NCBI GenBank assembly: GCA_965603825.1
Contig: CBFDEM010000023.1
Span: 496,001 to 560,000 of the forward strand
From: Blepharisma stoltei ATCC 30299
Lineage: Eukaryota; Protista; Ciliophora
DNA: 64,000 nucleotides
Direction: 5' to 3'
In this document: in pieces, positions 59,401 through 64,000 of the stretch
Numbering within the stretch: position 1 is the stretch's first letter
Layout of the letters: every line of letters starts with the position of its first letter
Notes under the pieces: model-generated
Seen by the model: only the letters and a program-made list of their open reading frames with translations
Database searches by the model: none
Told to the model about the DNA's origin: nothing
Position numbers and translations under genes: made by a program

Positions 59401-62400
59401 ATAGTTTTCAATTCCTATTGATCTTGCAACTACTCCATTTTCATTAGACAGCTCAAGTGAGATAAACCCTGACAGTGCATTTTCAAAAGAAATAATAGCT
59501 TCAAATTCGCTGTTTTTTTCAAAGTCAAGAGCAATCACATGGTCAATTGCTTGAGAATTATGCATGATACTAACTTCATTTATACCTGTTTTCGCATCAA
59601 AAACGGTTGGAAGAGCTGCTGGTCCTGAACATTGGTAAACTGATGCAATTTTTTGGAACTCTGTCATAGTAATAATTTGTAGGTCCATCTCGAAACTTGG
59701 ACAAAGCCGCATAGAAGGTAACGCTACATCATTATAATAACTAATTTCTAATAAATAGCTCCCTGGTTTCAATAATTTATGCAGCCCATCACTAAGTTCT
59801 TCTACAGTCACTTTTTGAATCGTTTCAAAAATATCTCCAGCCTTCATTAAACTTATTTCAAATTGTATTTCTTTCTGAGGGACCACAAATACCCTAATTA
59901 TTGAGTCTTCTCCAATTTCAAAATCAAATAGACTGGCACCTGCTAATACATCTAATTCTAGCTCTTTGTTCCAGTGCAAGTTTCCTGTTTGGAGCTGCCC
60001 TACCAGATTAAGTGATCCAGGCTGGTCAATAAAAGAGCAGGTTTCAGTTTTCCTTATCATGGACTCAATGTCGTCCCATAACATCATGTCTTCTACTATA
60101 ATACTTGTAGAGAATTTCACACAGGATTTATATAAAGATTTCCCAGTTTCTTTTAATACTAATGTGTAGTCTCCTTGTGCTAATGGAAATGCTGGGAGTT
60201 CAAATCTATGGGAAGCTTCAAAACTTCCGTATTCTACAATTTCTTTATCTTTAAGGACTTGCAGAATAAGTCCACTTTGTAGAAAATCTGATTGGATATG
60301 GCCTGTAAGAAGGGCGGTCTCAGATGTAATTTTAAAAGGAATTTCTATATTTAATGGTTTTGAGGACTGCAGAAACTCATATTGAAGCTCATTTATTAGC
60401 TGAGAATACCCTTCAGGATCATTGAAACCAAATAGGATTGGTCCAGTGTTTTCAATATAACGCTCTGTCATTATTTCCCCACCTGGCAGCTTTTGGTTGC
60501 AGTTTTTAGAAGACCCAGCTACTAAAGATGAAGTTGAAGCAATTTCTATTAATAAAGAATAAGTATGGCACGCATCTTTAGAGTTTGGGTAATAAGAAAC
60601 AACTAATCTGTAACTCTGATGCTGCTTTAAAATCTGATTAAATGTATATATAGAGACATCTCTTTCTCCAGGTGCCCCATCACTTATAATTTCACTTTTC
60701 CCTAGTATTAGAGATACCCTCATAGGTGAGCCTTCACTTTCTGCTGAAACCCTAATAAAGCTTTCTGTGTTTAAATAAAATGCTATCTCATTAGTAGCAT
60801 TGGTATAGGAATTTGGAGACATTATATTTGGGATAAACACTTTTGTGACTGGCAAATATTCTGTTGGGGTATCTTTTAATCCTAGTTTATCAAGTGTATT
60901 GAGCGTAGGAGGGAAAAGCTGGGCATCTTCTTGGTAACATGGCCATTTTTTCAGTTTAGTTTCACTAGTTCCTACTAGTTTTCCTCTTAATTGAAAAGCT
61001 CCACAGTGAGGCAAAACATTATAGTTATCAAAAGCTTCAACATTTTCAATTTCATTAGTAGCATATGATAGCTCTTTTGATGTAGGGCCAGATTTTATAC
61101 TAAAAATATACGTTCCTGGAGCGAGTTCTCCTTGAAAAGATCTTCTATCATGCTTTCCAAGCTTCAGAGCGTCAGTTGTGTCTCCTTTAATTATTTCTGT
61201 ATTTTCCCTCGGCAGTCTTTTTTCTAATGAAATCGTAAAATCATTTATAACGAAATCTGAATAAATATCAAAATAACAGTATGCAGAAATTGGCAAATAA
61301 AAAGTTGACTGGAATACAATTTCTTCTCCTTTTATTAGTGATTTTAATGGGACTCTGAAAAAGTCTCCAGGCGCTGAGCTTAAATCAACTTTTGACTTCG
61401 TTGAATTTAAACTTTCACTGATTTTAGCGAATTTTTCAGATAAAAACGAAGTATTGTCCTCACATGTATTTAAGCCTAAAAAGTCTGAAAGACCTCTAAC
61501 TGCTTCGTGTGGAGAAATTCCGATTTCTAATATAAAAGTTTCACAAAATTTGTGTCGAGGGTCATCCATAACACTATTTAATACTCCAAACTCAATTGTA
61601 TATTTTCCTGCAGGGAGTTCTTTAAGCACTCCTTCGCTTTCCCCAATTGCGTTGCTTTTTCCAATTTCAATGCCTTGGTTGTTTTTAAGCAAGATATCTA
61701 CATCAATCCCAGACGGTTCTACAGTAGCAATTCTTAGCACAGATGATTTTTCTATTTGAAACTCAGTGACTTGTTTTATATTGAGAAAATCAGCTATTAC
61801 TCTATCAGAGTATCTTAAAAACCCATTTGCATCCATAAGCCCAGGACCATTCAGATTTGCTGGTATATGTGCAGCTTCACAGTTAAACCTGTCTTCTCTT
61901 TCTATTACTGGCTCAATATTCACGTGAAGAGAAAAAGGGATTTTTTCACCAATAGAGACCAACATATCATGCTCAGCCAGTGTCATCCCATAATAGAACA
62001 CAGTAACAGCAAATTTGCCTGCCCCAAATCCTGAATATACTGTGACTGCATTTTTATCAACTCGTCTTCCAAACAGACATGACCCTTTTTTTACACATTG
62101 AAGTTTTGAAAATTTCGTGAAATTTGTTTTTGCTTTTGAGAACAATAGACCAAGGCCTCCTCCAGTAAGAAAATCATAATCTAAATAATTTTTACGAAGC
62201 GAAAATGTGAGTTTTCATATTCCAGTAAGCCCTATGTCTTTTAAATCTTGAGTTACCTCAGGATTATTAAATTCAAAGGTTTTTATTATTGAATCTCCTA
62301 GTGCAATATCTGATGTTTTCAGTAGATATGTAGAATGAGTCCCTGTATAAGGGGCAAAAGCTTCAAGCGTATCACTGGCATCAGATAAGTCAGGGAACCC

Positions 62401-62892
62401 TTCTATATAGTTATCTAAAGATTTTGGGAGTAACTCTTGCAGATTTGAGTAGGGGTGGATTGCAATATTAAAAAAAAGATTGGGAAGATTGCAGTCTTTA
62501 TCATTTTTCTTATCTTCTTCGTCAGTGATAATTGCATTTGTGGATGTGATGATTATGTAGTAATTTCCTTTTGTAAGCTTATTTGAAATCATTAAGAATT
62601 CTTCTTGGACAGCGTTTGAGGATAAAATAGTGTCTGAAGATCTAAGGATTGATATTTTGAGATCGTGAAGGCGAGGTTCTGCGGAAATTCTGTATATGGA
62701 TTACCTTATTCAGGAGTCTTCTGGTAAATTGAGATCCCATGTCAAGCTGTCTTCAGGAGCTAAAAATCTTCCTGAGGTTTCTAAGTGTTTAGTGTTTTCA
62801 AATGAAGGTGAGAAATAGCTTAAAAGAGGCGGCAAATCTGGAAGATCACATGCAAGCGCTGACTGGAACAGAAAAAGAATCCAGGTCACCAT
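56500..62892 (-). CDS. large type I membrane protein (~2125 aa): signal peptide, tandem beta-sandwich modules, three Ig-like + EGF units, TM, short tail
   Basis: ORFs 62710..62892, 62215..62592 and 56500..62145 join via TGA at 62710 and 62215 and intron 62690-62704; EGF motifs CVCPEPYTGITCHEC, CSCFEGYAGDLCEIC, CVCNKGYAGEGCYIC; TM VWGTIFYCLGYLALGLALLYLI. Confidence 0.88.
62690..62704 (-). other. 15-nt spliceosomal intron
   Basis: Minus strand GTAATCCATATACAG; removes an in-frame TAA. Confidence 0.85.
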
Positions 62893-62983
62893 GTTTGTGT
62901 TATAATTAATGAAATAAAAATCTTATTATTAAAATTCTAATTATATAGGAATTTTATTGATTTTTTTGTGAAATTAATAATAA

Positions 62984-64000
62984 TTAAGTATCATTTTTAA
63001 CTTTTCTCTTCAAATAACGTTCGCGAGCTTGGTTTACCTTAATAGCTGGGTCTTCTGCTTCTTTTTCTTCATTTATAGAAGGCTCTCTTGGCCTTTTTTG
63101 TTTTTGCAGCCCTACAAGTCTTTCTAAATTAGCTTGACTTAATTTTGGTGTAAGGTCTTCAATTCATTCACTTCGAATTTTGCTGAGCACTTTTAATGAT
63201 CCATGCGAAAGAGTTGATCCAGAAAGATGAGTGTATATAATTCAAGGCGGGTATTTTCCCAATATACTTATACTTGACTGTTTATCTACATGAAGCATTG
63301 TTCCATCAGAGACACTTAAATATGACCCTTCTTGGCCATATGATACAGCTCTTGCTGCATTCATATAAAACCCAAAACATAACGCCAGTCTTAGTCTGAT
63401 TGAGGAGTCTGAGCTTAAAGCTTTTTTTTCCATTAATTCATTATAAAGTTTTTCCTCAGGTAGTCCACTGATCCTGAAATTTTTTATCATAGTTTTCAAC
63501 TGTCCTCTGATATCCCTAGCTTGCCTTAAAGCTCTGGCATTAATAAAATTTTCATAGCACCAAGCTTCACTGTATTCATTATCCCTTCAGGAATCAAAAA
63601 CTTTTAAATAAGTTACATGGTCTCCACTTTTATCAATAAATTGCAATTGGGCCTGCTTTGCATTTTCTGTGTTTTCTAAGTCCATTTTTGGGACATTTTG
63701 CCATATATTTTCAGTTGAAAGCATAGCAACCAAGCTGAGCATTTCAGAATATGATTTAAAAATCAATGAAGCAATCAAACAGCGAGAATATGTTGGCTCT
63801 AATGGCAAAGATGCTAAAGATCTGCCTAGTTCCGTGATAGAGCCATCCTCATCAAGAGCTCCAATTAAAAAAAGCTGTTTATGTGCCATTAAAAGTGCCT
63901 CGTGGTCTGGAGGCTCAATAAACCCAAAATTTATCACATCTCGTATATCAAGAGCTTTTAAAGTCAAAATTGTGCTTGATAAATTGACTCTTTTTATTTC
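62984..64000 (-). CDS. DEAH-box RNA helicase (Prp22/DHX8/DHX40-type), 5'-partial: winged-helix, HA2 and OB regions
   Basis: EIKRVNLSSTILTLKAL..FGFIEPP..LIGALD..ITELGRSLASLPLEP; SGDHVTYLKVFDSW(TGA)..WCYENFINARALRQARDIRGQL; stop TAA 62984-62986. Confidence 0.9.

Noticed and set aside
1-64000. CRISPR arrays, transposases, telomeric repeats, rRNA, retained IESs
   Set aside because: None recognised by eye; short TA-bounded IESs cannot be identified without germline reads

Overview
Gene-dense, AT-rich eukaryotic DNA, most consistent with the macronuclear genome of a heterotrich ciliate of the Blepharisma type. In-frame TGA sits at conserved Trp positions, all real stops are TAA or TAG, and genes carry 15-16 nt GT..AG introns. 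The standard-code ORF track therefore fragments many genes; I rebuilt about 35 CDSs and one tRNA-Arg(CCT) by hand. Most genes are ordinary: ProRS, DNA polymerase alpha, glycogen phosphorylase, importin alpha, CDPK, kinesin-9, a Slo/BK channel, a cytosolic carboxypeptidase, PTB and a PTP. The standout is a VIT-vWA (VWA5A-like) protein at 45756-48359 with a nearly complete histone H3 domain inserted in frame. It is about 48% identical to canonical H3 over residues 36-127 by hand count, with no gaps. DNA-contact residues are kept, the H3-H3' tetramer interface is altered, and a basic linker follows. Its tandem paralog (48719-51037) lacks the H3 fold and has a degenerate MIDAS motif. Other notable items are a membrane-anchored pepsin-fold pseudoprotease, a 2125-aa surface protein of PPC-like, Big_5-like and EGF modules, a duplicated tetraspanin 3' fragment, and strong gene-dependent TGA/TGG bias. 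All calls come from manual translation and motif recall; no database searches were run.
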